Shown here: piece by piece, positions 1 through 12,886 of the stretch
Layout of the letters: every line of letters begins with the position of its first letter
Position numbering within the stretch: the first letter of the stretch is position 1
Source of the DNA: Eledone cirrhosa
Lineage: Eukaryota
DNA length: 64,000 nucleotides
Assembly (NCBI GenBank): GCA_964016885.1
Contig: OZ024742.1
Location: 151,776,001-151,840,000, forward strand
Direction: 5' to 3'
Made by a program: the position numbers and the translations under genes
The notes under the pieces: generated by a model
Seen by the model: the letters and a program-made list of their open reading frames with translations, nothing else
What the model was told of the DNA's origin: nothing
Databases searched by the model: none

Positions 1-1
1 A

Positions 2-1396
2 AATAAGGCACTAAATTACGCATTCAAACATACAGACCTAACTAGCAATGAAATGCACATTATATTATCGGCTAGGAAAACATTGATAGAATTTAATGAC
101 CAACTATGGACCTGAGCAGATAGAGATAGCAATTTTGACATTACTATGGGATCATCCGACTCAGCTCAGGTAACTGACCTTGTGGGCTTATTTTTAATCA
201 ATTCGCTGCATAGGAAAATACCTGGTACTACCGGAGGTTTATATAGAGATGACATGCTTTTACTTATTGATAATAATAACTCTGAACTAAATAGAAAAAG
301 AAAACAAATTACACAATTTTTTAATTACTTTAATCTAAAAATAGAAATTGAGAATAACCATAGATTAGTCAATTTCCTAGATATAACATTCAATCTCAAC
401 ACATGTCTTCACTATCCATTTCACAAGTTGAATGAAAACTTAAACTATGTCAGCTTTAACTCTAACCACCCCAGATCTGTTAAAAATACTATAGTAAACT
501 CTGTTCAAAAACGTATCTCTAGAATCTCGTCTAATAGAAAGATTTTCGACAAAAAAGCCCAATACTACAATGAAGCGTTAGCTAGAGCAGGATATAGTGA
601 TAAAATTATGTACATAGATAATGATAGACAAACTAAACAAAATAACAACTATTTTAATTACGGCCACAACCTTAACAACTATAATAGAAAGCATTACAAT
701 AATTCCAAAAGCCAAAAAAGAAATAGAACTAGGAACATAATATGGTTTGCCCCCCCTTTCTCACTAAACATTAAAACCCACATCGCTAAACTATTTTTTA
801 AAGCTCTTGATAATCGATTCCCTAGAACACATAGGTGTCACTCAATTTTCAATAGACATACTATAAAATTAACCTACTCATCCACCAAAAATTTAGCACA
901 AAATATTAATAGAATAAATAATAGGAATTTAAAACCTAGCGATAATAGCATAAATAATATACAAGTTAACAAATGTAACTGTAGAGATAGATCTAAATGT
1001 CCGTTAAATAACAACTGCTTAGTTAAAAATATAATATACAACTGTAATGTTAAAACGGACTTTAATTCTTTTAACTACGTTGGTTCCACATCGACGGAAT
1101 TTAAACTTCGCTATAATAACCACAAGAATTCTTTCACAGATCCAAGCAAAAAATCTTCAACAGCACTATCAGGCGTACTCTGGCAACTTAGGCATGATAA
1201 CGTTAGATATTCGACGGCTTGGAATATAGTCTCAAGAGGGATTCCTTTTAATTCATCCTCTGAGACATGTGACCTCTGCGCGGAGGAGATATTCTTTATA
1301 CTAAAATCTAAAAATTCCCTTAATCTACGGACAAATTTATTCAGTTGCTGCAAACATAGATTGAACTCAACTTTTAAATATAAATTTAAATTTTAA
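2..1396 (+). pseudogene. PLE reverse transcriptase + C-terminal GIY-YIG endonuclease (runs off window start; in-frame TGA at 113-115)
   Basis: YRDD catalytic motif; CNCR..CPL...C linker; IIY..YVG..FK.RY.NH GIY-YIG; CDLC..E and CKH terminal motifs. The frame is open upstream of 146 except for one TGA. Confidence 0.88.
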
Positions 1397-2706
1397 ATGT
1401 AGTATATTTAGTTTGATTTGTAATTATTTATGAAACTAGCCGATAAATCTTTCGATTTCTTCTTTTTATTCTTCTTTTTATTTTTATTTTAAACATTCTT
1501 CATGAAAAATTAAACTACCCTAAAAGTTGATGCTCCAGATATATCGAATAAATGTTACACTTGATAAACTTCTATATTAAATATAAGAACATATGTAGAC
1601 CTAATGGGTATCCTAAACTTTTGAAAAGATTTCTGCTAGACAGGATTTGGTAAATAATTTTTGGTTTTATCTGTTTTCGACTCTGATGCTTATAATGAAC
1701 TTGGCAATATATTGTCAATTAACTTTGAAGGGTTGATCTTTGTGGTCGTTTTGCGTGGCATACTATGTTTTTATTATAATTATTTTAATATTTTTTAATA
1801 TTTTTAATATTTTTATTTTTAATATTTAATATTTTTTAGTTTTCTGTTTTATTTATTTATTATTATTATTATTATTTTTTGTTTTTGTTTCTGATATTTT
1901 TATTAATATATTGAAATCTGTTCTCTATTTCTGCTTGATAGATAATCATGTAGAGTAAAGACAAGAATAGTATTGTTAAAATTAATATAGACTCTATACA
2001 TATGTGTATATATACACATATATGTATACTTAAATTTTTATAGCACAATGAGAATGTTCTCCGTGTGAAATAGGAGTTTGCAGAGCTGATCACGTAAATT
2101 CACATCGATGTTTGTAATTATGATATAAACATATGAATTTTTAAAACTAGACATAAGATCATTACTTTTCACACATTATAGATACGTGTCTCATTCATGA
2201 ATACTGATATTTACATTATAGTGCCTGTTTTTATACGAACTAATATTTCTACATTGAAACATAGGGTTTTAAATTCTGCCTCGCCTATGTCTGGTTATTT
2301 TTCATTTTTTTCTCTCTATATAACGGCTGGTTTCTCTCCTAACCACATATATCTCCCTTACATTAATACTAGAGCTAAATAAATAAATAAATAAATAAAT
2401 GTATCATTGATACGTCATTCAACGGATGTTCAACTACCTACTTTTCTCTATATATATCTATCTCTATCTATTTCCTCTCTCTATATATCTCTCTCTGTTT
2501 CTTTACATGAAGTTCTTCTCTTTATCTCTCTTTTCATCTCTCTATTTAGTTGCATGCATTTCTTCTTTTTCTTCGTTTTCTTTCTTTCTTTCCTTCTTTC
2601 TTTCTTTCTTTCTGTTTACAATTTTCACTGCCAAATCAACTTTTCAAATGCAAGTCGATGTTGAAAGGTATGTCAAATCTATTTATTTATAAAACTGTCT
2701 ATATTG

Positions 2707-2773
2707 TATTTTGTCTCTAAGAAGGCATAACATATTGTTAATATGATATCTCTGAAATATATATAATGAAATA
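2707..2773 (+). ncRNA. Degenerate type I hammerhead in PLE 3' end
   Basis: tattttgt-[ctctaaga, mutated core]-stem II-GAAA-tatata-TA-atgaaata. The intact homolog is at 59481-59546. Confidence 0.6.
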
Positions 2774-2813
2774 AATATGGTTTTATAAATATAGTTTCCA
2801 TTTATTTAATATC

Positions 2814-2849
<36 letters not shown>

Positions 2850-2856
<7 letters not shown>

Positions 2857-3135
2857 TGAAAAAGAACAAAGGAACTATTATGACACTATAACAAGTTTAT
2901 TGCCGACAGCCGTTTCGTCCGACCACATGGTGGGTTTTTCAAGGCATATAACATGTGACTGTAAGATCATTATCTACATCAACGTATCACTCAAGGCTAG
3001 CATAATAGTTCCTTTGTTCTTTTTCACTAATATTTCTGCTCTGCGTATACGCATAGAGCTTAACTAGCTACCGTCACATATTTGGTAGGACAGACGTGAT
3101 CATCGCGATTCACATACGACCTACCATACATCTTA
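2850..3135. mobile_element. Small PLE-type foldback insertion in (AT)n containing an HHR-like motif (2901-2946, minus)
   Basis: Perfect 33-bp inverted repeat 2850-2882/3001-3033. Minus strand reads tgcc-TTGAAAA-hairpin-GAAACGGCTGTC-ggca-ATAAA. Confidence 0.65.
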
Positions 3136-3329
3136 TATATATATATATAAAGTAAGTCCATATAATCATTAGATAAAATATATACAGTATTTCTAATGAT
3201 TCTATGGACTTACTTTTTATATATTGCTCTTATTATTAATTATTTAAATTAATTCGTCATTCAGCCACACCGTGAATGGTTGCCAAAACATATATATATA
3301 TCTATGGCTCTGTCTAGTTTATATGTATA

Positions 3330-4224
3330 CTAGCATTAAAGCCCGGCGTTGCTCGGGGTTAGTAAGTTACCAAAGTTAGGTTGCACCACCCATTTTATGG
3401 CAGCACTTTTTTGTCTGCCAGGCACTGGTTGAATGAATTGCAAACCTGGACTGCCAAAGCAGGAGCTGCGCCAGCAGTAACAATTGTAGTTTCGCCTATG
3501 GATATTATCTCTGTGCAAAGAAGTGTTGAAATTTATTGTTTCACAGTACTTGCGCAACACGCGCGTAGACGATGCCAGCCGAACAACAGAGCTGCGATGG
3601 AGTTGTTCTGCATGGTTGTCTAATGTGTGTTTTCTAAATTTAAGACAGTAGGGAGGGGTATGATATGGGGGAGAGTTAACTGCTGTTTCTAGCAGGTTTA
3701 GTGACCTCATAGAGGATATGTGTTTTGTAAATTTAAGACAGTAGGGAGTGGTGTGATATGGGGCAGAGTTAGCTGCTGTTTCTAGCAGGTTCAGTGACCT
3801 CATAGAGGATATGTTTTCTAAATTTAAGACAGTAGGGAGTGGTGTGATATGGGGGAGAGTTAGCTGCTGTTTCTAGCAGGTTTAGTGACCACATAGAGGA
3901 TATGTTTTCTAAATTTAAGACAGTAGGGAGGGGTGTCATATGGGGGAGAGTTAGCTGCTGTTTCTAGTAGGTTTAGTGACCTCATAGAGGATATTATTGT
4001 GTATCATCATTATCTATAAAAGGCAGATTGTTGTTGTTGTGTGTGTGTGTGCATGTTCTTTGACCGTTCCACACTCAAAAAGAAACGTTCTCTCTCTCCC
4101 TCTCACTCTCTCTCTCTCTCTTCGGCGTTCCTAAAGAAAGTTTGCAAGTTTAATCGTATATCAAAAACAAACGTTCTCTCGTTCTCTCTCCCCCCTCTCT
4201 CTCTCTCTCTCTCTCTCTCCCTCC

Positions 4225-4306
<82 letters not shown>

Positions 4307-4593
4307 TAAAGTTTGTAAGTTTAATCATTATCTAAGAGAAAGTTGCAGCATGTATGTAGTTTTATCGAATTTTAAGGGGAGTAGAGAGGGGTAAAGCGTC
4401 ATGTATTTAGTTTTATCCATTATATCCGTAATTGTGGGTGAGTGTGAATGAAATAAATAGTCGTTGATCTAAGTTAGACCATTTACAACATTCTTACAGA
4501 CTTTGAGTTGAATCGGTTTGAAATTGTGCAAATGTATAAACATGGAACATGCACACACACACACAACAACAATCTGCCTTTTATAGATAATGA
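3330..4593 (-). mobile_element. Non-autonomous Helitron
   Basis: Minus strand starts TC(ATTATCTATAAAAGG) and ends in hairpin CCCGAGCAACGCCGGG + CTAG. Inserted between A and T with no TSD; the empty site gtata|taccct is seen in the host-repeat copy at about 5276-5286. Confidence 0.88.
3625..3993. repeat. Minisatellite, four copies of ~91 bp, inside the Helitron
   Basis: aaatttaagacagtagggag recurs at 3636, 3729, 3820 and 3911. Confidence 0.95.
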
Positions 4594-4797
4594 TACCCTT
4601 TAAATTATATATACTCCCGTAAGGTTGAGTAAAACTTTGGGCAGTATTCCGCTGCGCTTTCTAGCAACCAGCCTACTCGCTGACAGGCACCCATCACAAA
4701 CATTCTGCTTTGACCACTAGCAACGTAACGATTCTTAGCCATTTTGAAATCGTATCTGGCGGGGATCATGTTAGAAAATTCTTTGTCCAATTGAGTT

Positions 4798-4881
4798 TAT
4801 CTCCTGATGATTTCCAACCTCGTTGATTTATCCAAGATCGGATATATCCATAAAGTGAATGAACCAGCGGGTGTAGAGATA
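4798..4881 (+). ncRNA. Type I hammerhead with large domain II (one core substitution, GAAC)
   Basis: tatctc-CTGATGA-(50 nt)-GAAC..GTA-gagata; perfect 6-bp stem I. Confidence 0.7.
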
Positions 4882-5320
4882 TTTTGATGATTTTGGTATG
4901 TTTATGTACATTTTTCTTCTAACTTTGATTTTGTACCTAATTATGTATGGTTAACTATATGTCTAGTCAATTTCTACAGGCTATCAGAAATACTAGGTCA
5001 ATTTTCTGTAGCTGTGAGTCGCGGATAAAAAGCTATATCATTTATCTATTGTTTCTTCATAAGTATATTTTAAATTTATAGGCTCGTTTAAATGATTTTT
5101 TGTGTGGTTGATTTATGCTGATTGGGAGAAGAAATACTGTATATATTTTATCTAATGATTCTATGGACTTACTTTTTATATATTGCTCTGATTATTAATT
5201 ATTTAATTAATTCGTCATTGAGCCACACCGTGAATGGTTGCCAAAAACATATATATGGCTCTGTCTAGTTTATACGTATATACCCTCTAAATTTTTAATA
5301 TATATATATATACATATATA

Positions 5321-5686
5321 ATAATTGTTTCTACTTTTGGCATAAGGCCAGCAAATACTCAGTGTATTACTGGTACTTTATTTTATCGACCCCATAAGGA
5401 TGAAAGGCGAAGTTAATCTCGACGGGATTTGAACTCAGACCGTAAAGGGACGTTACTACGTTAGAAAGCATGGCGTCCAATCCTCTACCGATACAGCCAA
5501 ATAATAATTGTTTCTACATTTGGCAGAAGGCCAGAATTAACCAGTACATTACTGGTACTTTATTTTATCGATCCCGTAAGGATGAAAGGCAAAGTTAACC
5601 TCGGCGGGATTTGAACTCAGAATTGCAAGGGCCGTAACTCTATGCGTCAAAGTATGGCGTCCGACCTTCTACCGATACTGCCAATC
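5321..5686 (-). mobile_element. Two adjacent tRNA-derived SINE copies (Meta-domain-like core)
   Basis: B-box-like GAGTTCAAATCCC and core GCCTTTCATCCTTA(C/T)GGG(G/A)TCGATAAAATAAAGTACCAG; copies at 5321-5500 and 5501-5686. Confidence 0.85.
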
Positions 5687-5687
5687 A

Positions 5688-5792
5688 ATAATAGTAATAA
5701 TAATAAATGTGAAGACTAAAATCCAAAGAGGGCTTGATAAGATCCCGTTAAGGGTGAAAGCAGCGATTCTTTGCTTAAACTTTAATCTATTA

Positions 5793-5795
<3 letters not shown>
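5688..5795. mobile_element. Short rearranged piece of the PLE pLTR family seen at 35.5-38.6 kb
   Basis: Inverted terminal tail (gaagactaaaatccaaagagggc) fused to the HHR 3' half (gatcccgttaagggtgaaagcagc). Same junction type at 9375-9478. Confidence 0.75.
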
Positions 5796-5821
<26 letters not shown>

Positions 5822-5823
<2 letters not shown>

Positions 5824-5875
5824 TCGGATCTAGCTGTTGAAACGGCAGGAGCTCAGCCATCGGGGTCCCGAATGT
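5822..5875 (+). mobile_element. Mini-insertion: 3' half of the 49.5-kb HHR family, in (AT)n
   Basis: GAAACGGC..GAGCTC..GCCATCGGGGTC; homologs at 32825-32885 (minus) and 49525-49585 (minus). Confidence 0.65.
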
Positions 5876-6239
5876 TATATATATAATAATGTGAACGAAG
5901 CTGTCGAATAGGATCCATACACTTTGGTCATTTTCGCCGTCAGTCAAAAATTTAATTAAGTCAGTATCATTAAGACACCAACCGTAGGAAGTAAGAGTGA
6001 GCAATCATACGTTAAATAATGAGGAAAACGATTTCGTGCAGGTAGACAATTTTATATTCCGGCCCCGGACCAATGCATTAGTTTCTGAGACTCTATTTGC
6101 CAGCAGCAGTCCAAATGGAACTACTGTGCACAGAGTTAGGTAATGTTATTAAGCATTACATAATCGGCTAAGTATTGCTTCATCAGCAGGGAATATACAT
6201 CAGCCATTGCAGTAGTAAACTCTGCATTCAGTGTCACGT

Positions 6240-6800
6240 GACTTGATACCGAAGGGGAGTGGAGGTAGTTCTGACTATTCACAGAAGACACATTTCTGAC
6301 CCCGTCACTTCTCGTTTCTTTCTTAACCCACTCATCACCGCATTCAAGTGCGCCTGTAATATCCGTGGCCTCCTTGTGCACAGTTCCTTCTCCGCCTTCC
6401 CTAAGATTCCAGTCACTGTTCTCACTCCCTTTGTAATACATATTAAACATCACTACCCCCACATGTACGAACCATTTTTTCGCATTTGCGTCTCCTTAAC
6501 TTGCGTCTCTACCAACGTTTATGCCGTCTGGTATTCCCTTTGCGGGTCTATATATGTCGGACAAACAGGCTGCCATTTGCCGGCTCGATTCGCCGAACAA
6601 CTGAGGTACATACGACTGGGAAAACACACCCCTGTAGCGCGTCACGTCCATTCTCTCAACCACACTACTCAATAACTCACTGTCTCACGCCTCACTTTAC
6701 ACCACGGGTCCCCAGCCACACACATCAGGATAGAGTAGAATTTAATTTTTCGCCTTAGAACTACTTTTCTGAATGGACTCAATCCCTACTATATCCAGCA
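6240..6800 (+). pseudogene. Degraded PLE GIY-YIG endonuclease (Penelope/Neptune-type, distinct from the Naiad-like copies)
   Basis: NIRGLLVHS; TCVSTNVYAVW.SLCGSIYVGQTG..L.ARFAE.LR.I....TPVARH. Confidence 0.8.
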
Positions 6801-7045
6801 TTAAACTAATATATTGCTTCATTATACTGTGTAGTTTGCTTTGTTATTTCTGATTACTTTTTGCACACACACACACACACATACATTCACACACAGTTTT
6901 GTGTGTGTTTGTGTGTGTGTGTCTGTATGTGTATGTGTGTGTGTAAATATATCTATATGTCTATATGTATATATATATATATTTGTGTGTATGTATATAT
7001 GTATGTATGTGTGTGTATGTGCATGTGTATGTGTGTATTGTATTG

Positions 7046-7195
<150 letters not shown>

Positions 7196-8012
7196 CATGC
7201 ACATATTGGTTATAGAGAAAGATGAAAGATAGAAACAAACACACACATACAAAGAGTGGTGTACGATAAACTGAGACAAGTTGATGAAGAAATATACGAA
7301 ATTTTTTTTTGTAATTGTGATTGATGATCTGCTATGCGTTATGTTTTTAGCAATACGCGAATATTTACACTGATCCGATAAGGTCATTAGTTTTTGTCTG
7401 AAAGACTTTTGAATATTCATACACACTTACCCTATTATGGAAATGGCGAATATTGGATTCAGGAAATTTTCTCAAGTACCGATATTTTCATTGTTCTTGT
7501 ATTTACGCACTTCAATAAAGATCTTTACACTTCAGAGAGGCGAAAGTCTTTATACGAATTAGTAATAATAGTTATATACACTCATTTTTGTTTTCATTCT
7601 TTTGTGTCTAATACTCTATTGATATGTTAAGAAGAAGTAATACAAGCTAGTATAATATACCGAAAGAACGGCAAATAGTTCTCATTGTAAGCAGATTTCC
7701 TAACAGGCAGCGAATTCTAAAGACACAACGCGAACCGAAAAGCAAACTAACAAGAATAAACACAGATTGTGTAGTTCAGTTACAACAGATATAAATATAT
7801 ATAGAAAGATCGGCACTGATGAAAGTCCGACCAGCTTTCTGGCATTTTATAATACCTATTTAATAACTTTAGCATTGTTCATATTTTCCCTTGTTCAAAT
7901 TCCAGCTCTTTGTAAATACGTGAATATTTATATACGTCCATACAATGCTGCGTATGTAGGAGTATATCTGTATATATGAACATAAATTTCTAGGTTTGAT
8001 ACACATACACGT

Positions 8013-8045
<33 letters not shown>

Positions 8046-8175
8046 CATTAAATATACACTAAATATACGTACATGAATATTTCATACATATACACTAAAT
8101 ATACGTACATGAATATTTCATATAAACAAACAAAATATGTTCCATATACATGCACACAATATGACCAATATAGTA

Positions 8176-8226
<51 letters not shown>

Positions 8227-8245
8227 ATGTATATATATCTCTAGC

Positions 8246-8277
<32 letters not shown>

Positions 8278-8395
8278 ACTTAAGTACATACATGTACAAA
8301 GGGAGACGAAGGAAACACACACGTAAAGGGAGATAATACATTAACATATGCAAGATTTTATCTCTGTAATAAACTGAGAGAGTTATATATATATG

Positions 8396-8507
<112 letters not shown>

Positions 8508-8789
8508 TATATATATATATGGTAATCTGTATAATGTTTACTGTCTACGAACATCAACACCATTTCCCACGAAAAAAACAAAAAAACAAAAAACATTGAA
8601 TGCTTCAGATTTGCATTTAGAAAACACAATTATACTAAAATATATAATCCCCAACCACATCTCCAAATAAATATTGTTGTTTATTGAGGGATGATAGAAT
8701 AATCAAAACAGAGATTGAACCCATGTACCTAATACGTGGATCAAAAAAATTGGAAACATCTTTGAATAGCGTTTTTCCGACATTATGTC

Positions 8790-9368
<579 letters not shown>

Positions 9369-9471
9369 TACCATATAGTAATAATAATATATGTGAAGAC
9401 TAAAATCCGAAGAGGGCTTGATTTCGTTAAGGGTGAAAGCAGCGATTCATTGCTTAAGATTTAATCTGTTA

Positions 9472-9557
<86 letters not shown>

Positions 9558-9561
9558 TATA

Positions 9562-9812
9562 TACTATAAATTATGTCCATAGAATCATTTGATAAGATAT
9601 ATACACAATTTCCTCTCCCAATTAGCATAATCAACCACACAAAAAAACAATTAAACCAGGCTATAAGATTAAAAGGCATCTATAAAGAAATAATAGATAA
9701 ATAAACGACTGCCATCTATTCGCGATCAACAGCTATAGAATATTTACCCAGCATTTCAATAGCACGGGGAAATCGATTAAATATATCGTCAACCATACAC
9801 AATTAGGTATAA
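9562..9812 (-). mobile_element. Truncated, divergent third member of the ~690-nt HHR element family
   Basis: Shares blocks (tgtgtatggttgacgatatattt; gtgtggttgattatgctaattgggag; aatgattctatggac) with 4930-5170 and 58020-58260. Flanked by (AT)n. Confidence 0.75.
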
Positions 9813-9851
9813 ATATATATATATATATATAGCGAGAGAGGGAGAGAGGGT

Positions 9852-9964
<113 letters not shown>

Positions 9965-10250
9965 TTGAGTAGAGACAAATGCATGGTTTAGGTTCTATTT
10001 TGTATTTAGCTGGGGTTTAATACCACTTCAATATTTAAAAGTTTGAACGTGTTTGGCTGAGATTCTTGCAAACACAGTCAATGTAATTAATGTGTAGGAT
10101 GTGAAATTGGCAGAATCATTTGACCTACACATGTATGTATGTGCGTATGTATGTGTGTATGTATGTATGATTTATATGTATGTCTGTATGTATGTAGGTA
10201 TGTTTGTATGTGTTTTGGTTTCATTATTGGATTGGTTAGATTGGTTAGAG

Positions 10251-10461
10251 GGCGGTGGATTGGCAGAGGGCGGTGGATTGGGAGTAACGGTAGAGAATCG
10301 GACACCATACTTTACAGCATAGAGTTATGGCCCTTTGCGGTCTGAGTTCAAATCATGCTGAGGTTAACTTTGCCTTTCATCCTTACGGGCTCGATAAAAT
10401 AAAGTACCAGTAATGCACTGGGATTAATGCTGGCATTGTGCCAAAAGTAGAAACAATTATT
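10251..10461 (+). mobile_element. tRNA-derived SINE (duplicated head)
   Basis: GGCGGTGGATTGG head twice, GAGTTCAAATC, core domain, tail GTAGAAACAATTATT. Confidence 0.85.
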
Positions 10462-11050
10462 TTATAAAATTTCACCAATAGAGAGGGGGGGGGGGCGATT
10501 TCTAGCGTAGACACAGGACTCTTTCATTGGGATTTACACCAACTAGGTAAATATGTCTGCATGTCTGCATGTGCGCTTGTCCTTGTCTGTGTGTGTGTGT
10601 ATGCGTGCGTGTGTGTATGCGCGCGCGCGTGTGTGTGCAGGTATTCATATTACTGTATGTGTGGATTTATATGTTTTAAGTTATATGTGTACACGTGCAT
10701 ATGTTTTGTATCTATACCTGTGTATATGCAGTTATTACATGCATAATATTAATGGCACTTTATTTTATACAGTTCCATTAATGGGTTGTACTTTTAAGGT
10801 TATAAACTAGTCGTGTTCTTTTTGTTTCTATGAACCTAGCTTCTCAAGATTTGTACTGAGGCATTTAGTAAAATATCACTGAGCCCCAATGATCACAGGT
10901 ATAAATCTTAAGGTATAGTCAGGGTGGAGAATCTGCAGATTTCTCATCAGATCTGCATAAATATTCCCCTTTTCGCTAATATTTAATATTATATTGGCAT
11001 CTGCTGGGCAGCTGACTTCCACTACTGTGCATGCCTTTTCCCTGTCCCGT
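10462..11050 (-). mobile_element. Second, diverged 3'-end copy of the R4/Dong-like LINE
   Basis: Colinear similarity to 11075-11600. Confidence 0.7.
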
Positions 11051-12761
11051 ATCACTATATGTATGTTCTTCTAGTTTTATAATTTCACAAATTTTTACCA
11101 ATAGAGAGAGAGTCGGTTTCTAACATAGACACAAGACACTCATTGGAATTTACACAACATCAACTAGGTAGATTATGTATGCATGCCTGCATGCATGCAT
11201 GCATGCATGTGTAGATATGGACGTTATTTTATGTGTGTATGTTTTGAGTTGTATATGTTTATGCTTTGTATCTGTACATGTGTATATGCAGTTATTAGAT
11301 GCAAAATTTTGGGAATGTTTTACATATTTTTACTTGTAATTTCCTAACTAGTTGTGTTCTTTCTGTTCCTGTGAAGCCTAGCTTCTCAAGATTGATTTGT
11401 ATTGAGGCAGTTACTAACATACCCCAGTGCCCCAATAATCACAGGCATACATCTGAAGGTGTAATCAGGGTGGAGTATCTGCAGATTCCTCATCAGATCT
11501 GCATAAATATTCTCCTTTTCGCTAATCTTTGATATTATATTGGCATTTGCCGGGCAGCTAGTTTGCGTTACTGTGCATCCTTTCTTTTCCATGTCCCATA
11601 TCATAATATCTGGTCTGTTATGCCTGCATTTTATTGGAGTTTTTACTGGAACATTCCACCAGTAGTCTTTCATATTATGTATATGGATGTCTTCCACATT
11701 GCTGTAGCTTTTAATGTGTTTATTATTGGGGCTATCTTTTCTACGGATTGCATTGTACAGTGTTTTGGCCACTACATCATGCCTCATAGGTAGATAGTAC
11801 CGCGATGATATCTTTGGGCTGCTGCTGATGACATGGGTGACATCTTCGATGTTAATTCTGCAGAGTCTGCACTTGTTATCACATCTAGGTGTTTTGCCTG
11901 CATCCCTATCTCTTTTGTGAATCTGGTATTTCGTGTTAATTTCCTGTTCTTGGATTGCAAAAGCGTATCCTTCAAAGTGGGAGCTAATATAGCGGTTGTT
12001 GGTCCAAGATAGACTACTTTCCTTATCTATATTACTCTCACTCTGGAGCTTCCTCGCAACATATCCATGCATGATTTTTTGCTGATAAGCATGCAGTTTT
12101 TCATCCATGGATTCTCTGCGATACTGCTGAGCGACTTCCCTGGGTGTGAGTTTTTGATTATCACACAGGGAATATCTCTCGAGGAGTTCCATCCCAACTC
12201 TCATGATCTTATCTGTTTCATGCAGATAGACATGCTCGAGAGACGGGCTCCTACGCTTCGAGGTTCGTAGATGTTGTTCATCTGTGATGATGTTATTATT
12301 TTCACGGTGATCTTGGAGGAATAAATTCAGGCAGGCTGTATACATCTTATACATCAGGCTCTGGCATGCAATGGTTCGATCGATTTTTGCCAAGTGGGAG
12401 TCTTTGTTCTTGGGCCTAGTAATGTTTGTCAACCATTCTGGTATAAGTGTATCTCCCTGAAGAACTTGTTGGTAGAGGTCAGCAAGATACCTCCGATAGA
12501 ATATCAGTTTTTTTGTACCAGTAGCCGACAATCATGTCTCTACCTGGTGTTTTCTTATCTTGGGGTTTTCCTATCACAGCCTCAAGAGTAGCCTCACTTA
12601 TTTCCTATGTTTTTGTTATAGTGTAGGAGCAATAGTTCTTTCGGATTTCTTTTAGCCACACTGCATCTTGGTTGAAATTCTTCTTTTCACCCCATATTTT
12701 TCCCCAAAAGGAATCTGTCTTTCTGGGATGGGGCCTCATCGACACTTATTATTTTGCTCTT

Positions 12762-12886
12762 TACGATCTGAGTTCAAATCCCGCCGATGTTGACTTTGCC
12801 TTTCATCCTTACGGCGTCGATAAAATAAAGTACCAGTAATGCAGTGAGTAATTGCTGGCCTTGTGCCTAAAGTACAAACAATTATT
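12762..12886 (+). mobile_element. 5'-truncated SINE
   Basis: Core and tail of the SINE family. Confidence 0.8.

Larger units (their letters stand above)
1..2815 (+). mobile_element. Penelope-like retroelement (Naiad-like), 3' part: RT-thumb-GIY-YIG ORF, long AT-rich 3' UTR, degenerate hammerhead, ending at (AT)n
   Basis: ORF motifs FDITMGSSDSAQV..VGL, GLYRDD, FLDI, SNHP, IIWFAPPF. The 3' end (2680-2815) is homologous to the HHR-bearing repeat at 59455-59590 and is followed by (AT)n. Confidence 0.9.
3149..5297 (+). mobile_element. Non-coding ~695-nt-unit hammerhead element (about 1.2 tandem units plus a short inverted piece), interrupted by a Helitron
   Basis: 3193-3329 is repeated at 5152-5282; removing the 1264-bp Helitron gives a 695-nt period. 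Colinear with 58014-59165. Flanked by (AT)n. Confidence 0.8.

Noticed and set aside
113-115. In-frame TGA in the first PLE ORF as selenocysteine
   Set aside because: Not at a Cys position (W.K/R context); a CGA/AGA>TGA mutation is more likely.
3625-3993. Regular repeats as a CRISPR array
   Set aside because: No unique spacers; a simple minisatellite in a eukaryotic Helitron.
10251-10360. tRNA genes at SINE heads
   Set aside because: A/B-box-like motifs only, fused to the SINE core and tail; no full cloverleaf.
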